NCBI GenBank assembly: GCA_010909165.1
Contig: VJWM01000197.1
Location: 310,001 to 374,000 of the forward strand
Length of the DNA: 64,000 nucleotides
Origin: Anthoceros angustus
Lineage: Eukaryota; Plantae; Anthocerotophyta
Direction of reading: 5' to 3'
Position 1 is the stretch's first letter. Each line of letters begins with the position of its first letter. Positions 61,221 through 64,000 of this stretch are shown here, piece after piece. The notes beneath the pieces are model-generated. The model did no database searches. It saw only the letters and a program-made list of their open reading frames with translations, and was not told the origin of the DNA. Position numbers and translations under genes: made by a program.

Positions 61221-63666
61221 ATGGAGCAAGTGCAAGGCTACGGGCACGGCTACATGCAGCAGCCGGGCGTGCAAGTGCAACAGCAACAGCAGCCGCAGCA
61301 GGGCTACGCGCAGCAGTATGGGTACCATCCAGGAGGCTACCAGTTCGGGATGGCGGCAGCGGCTCCGCCTCCGGTGCAGGCGCAGGGATTCTTTAATCCC
61401 TGGGATCCGCCGCCGCCTCCCAGCCCGGCGCCGCTGGATGTGGACCTGCAGAAGAGGATCGACAAGCTGGTGGAGTACGCTGCCAAGAACGGGCCTCAGT
61501 TTGAGGCTTTGATGAAGGAGAAGCAGAAGGATAGTCCGGCATACGCATTCTTGTTCGGGGCAGAGGGCCATGCTTATTACAGGTACAAGTTGTGGATCAC
61601 CATCAACCCGCACTTGGCTGGACTGAGTCAGGCTATACCTCAGGCTCTGAATCCGGGGCTCCTGGTTTTGAATGCACCCGTCAATGCTCCTTTGGCACCT
61701 GTTCCCGGCCTGAACCCGGCCCTGAATCCGGGAGTGGCTGTCGGAGTGAGGCCGTTTGGCGGCCCTGTGTACTACGAGCAGCAGCAGCATCACCTCCACC
61801 ATCACCACGGCCAGTTTCAGCCTGACAGATACGGAGGATATGGTGCTCAGCCTTTTGCAGCACAAGTTGCGTCATTGCCCCCGGATGTTGCAGCTGAGCT
61901 GAAGGGAGTTTTGGATAACTTGACTGGCAGTAAGGAGTCGATCAAGGTAGCCAAGACGTGGTTCTTGTCCCGGGCTGCTTATGCAGCCCCTCTGGCAGAG
62001 TCTATGAAGGATAGACTTCTTGCTACGGAGGACGTGGAACGACAGCTTCATGTGCTATTCGTAGCCAACGAGATCCTGCTGAACAGGTTTTGAATCCGGC
62101 TTCTGTGCTTTGGTGTTCTGATGGAATTGTCGGTCACTGTTGTTGGCTCTTTTGTGGTCAAGCTTGTCAGCATGTGAAAGGTCGTAGTTACAAGCTGCAG
62201 TTGAAGTTCGAAATGATGTTTGTGCAGAATGGGCCAGCGGAGCAATCCAAAGGAGCTTGATAATGAAGCGTTGGCTTTTCGGCCTGTTTTAGGTGCCATG
62301 CTGGGTGCAATATATCACAGCAAGCACAACGTGGAGTCCAACCAATCTCGGCTCCAGAAGATGTTGCAAGTCTGGGGTCAGGCGGAGGTTTATGACATCG
62401 ACACTGTCAATCAACTGGAAGGAGAGATGGTTGCAGGGCCTCCACCGTTACCCAGGTTGCACCCGGTACCATCTATGGTACCACCACCTCCGCCACCAGA
62501 AGCTGCAGCTCCAATACCGCAGGCAGCAATTCCAGGTACTTTAGTAACAAAGTGACTCCTTGCGATTGGTTAAATAGAATAGGTGTCCACGGATTCTTGG
62601 GGGGCATTGTTGAGATGCTTGGATTCGTCAAGTCTTGGGTCTCCCCCTGGCTAATGTCTGTGTATGCTCGGTTATGGGTGCAACAGGTCAGGTGCCATAC
62701 ACCTATCCCTCGCAGTGGCAGCAAGAACCTCAACGCAGCACCCAGCCACCTGACCATCAACAGGATCAACAGCCACAGGCACCCCCACAACAGCAAGCTC
62801 CCCAGCCAGCCCAGCCTCAGCCACTGCAACCACAGCCATTGGTCCAGACCCAACCTCAGAGTCAGACTCAGCCTTTGTCGCAGCCACAACCAGCAGCAGC
62901 TGCAGTGCAGGTGCAGGCCCCATCACCCCCTCCGTCCTCTGCTTCCCAAGCTCCAGGGTTTAGCAACGTGCCTGCTGCACCTCAGTTTTTTAGCGCGTCA
63001 GGCTTCAACCCCTCAGGACCACAGTTTGTGGCAGCGGGGTCTGTTCCCACCTTGTATACTGGGATGACTACACCGTTCCTAAACCAAGTGCCAATACCTG
63101 TTGTTCCTCCGGTAACAACGCCAGCCATCGCTCAGCTCCCAAGCATAAGACCACCACTTGATGCCAGCACCCCTTATCCTCTGTTCCCACCAGGGCTTAT
63201 CCCTGGGATGGTTAGAAAGATGCAGATAGGCAGTGGTGTACCCTACTCTCCCTTGAGCCCTCTCGACATTCCTACTGTTATTCCGGCATCCACAGCGTCC
63301 GAGTCTTACATTTTGGAGCGCGTCTCCAAATTCTTCAACGACATCGGGGAGATCGATCCATTAGACGGGCAACAAAGGACAAGTGCAGATGGCGCCACCA
63401 ACGACGACAGCGACGATGAAGAGAAAAGCCGTGATGGTGGGGCGCGCATACCTCCGATGCGTATGCAGGTGGACCTAGAAACAGGTACCCTTCCAGACGG
63501 GAGCGTGGAGCACAGACCCGGCGTTGGTGGTGCCGGGAGACTGGGTCTTGGAGCTGAGGCTGATCCCAACAAAGTCACCCAATACGACGACGTCTACACA
63601 TCTTACAGGAAGCAGCGTAGCACAAATTATCACACATCTCTTAGTGCTAGAGCTGTTTCAAGATGA
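61221..63666 (+). CDS. CHERP: SWAP/SURP + CID domain splicing factor, CHERP-like (exons 61221-62086, 62228-62535, 62687-63666)
   Basis: SURP motif [29 protein letters not shown] motif [24 protein letters not shown], and C-terminal [17 protein letters not shown]. Intron phases (2,1) are consistent. Confidence 0.92.
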
Positions 63667-64000
63667 CCCTAGCCTTCGACTCAACAGGTATCTAGCTCTT
63701 CGAGAACCAATTAAATGTCACAATTCAGTTTCTTTGTGAACTGACGAGGGAATCGCCCCAAGACATAGGTAGGTACCACCCTAGAGGCTTTCACGTTGCT
63801 TGGGCTTGTGTTCACGATCGCCCCCGTCCGTCGGCAATGACAACCTAATCTGACACACTAAAATTCTCGAAACGCAGAGAAACACACTTCAAGGCTGGCG
63901 AGTCCGGTCTCACGGTCTTCCCCCTCGCCGCTTTGCAGTCCCGCCGTCGACTCCTGTTGCGGAGGCTTCGTCCGGTACCACGGTTTTCTGGACAATGACA

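Noticed and set aside
60981-61865. 294-aa minus-strand ORF
   Set aside because: Antisense to CHERP-like exon 1.

Overview
Eukaryotic land-plant nuclear DNA with compact genes and short (~75-270 nt) introns. PLS/E-type PPR remnants and a CRE-type retroelement suggest a non-seed plant such as a bryophyte or lycophyte (inference). Left: the 5' part of clathrin heavy chain (-) and a 3-exon WD40 gene (+). 10-27.6 kb: a repeat block with a duplicated RTE/RTEX-like LINE, GAD and PPR pseudogene fragments, a pogo-like remnant, and a chromovirus-type Ty3/gypsy element with non-canonical AGT...ACT LTR ends and a 5-bp TSD. 27.7-37.1 kb: a 49-aa membrane microprotein gene, three intronless SLP2-family phosphatase genes (one GC-rich with a frameshift, two AT-rich), and an orphan spliced gene between them. 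37-55 kb: minisatellites, CRE-clade RLE retrotransposon pieces and a microhomology mosaic that may be an assembly artefact. Right: a very dense gene block with an uncharacterised conserved gene (+), a head-to-tail minus-strand trio (CMC1-like, F-box/LRR, GGP-like; spacers 185 and 320 nt) that is a candidate polycistronic unit, and CHERP-like (+). The many indels and tandem duplications inside repeats suggest imperfect long-read consensus, so frameshifts need read-level checks.
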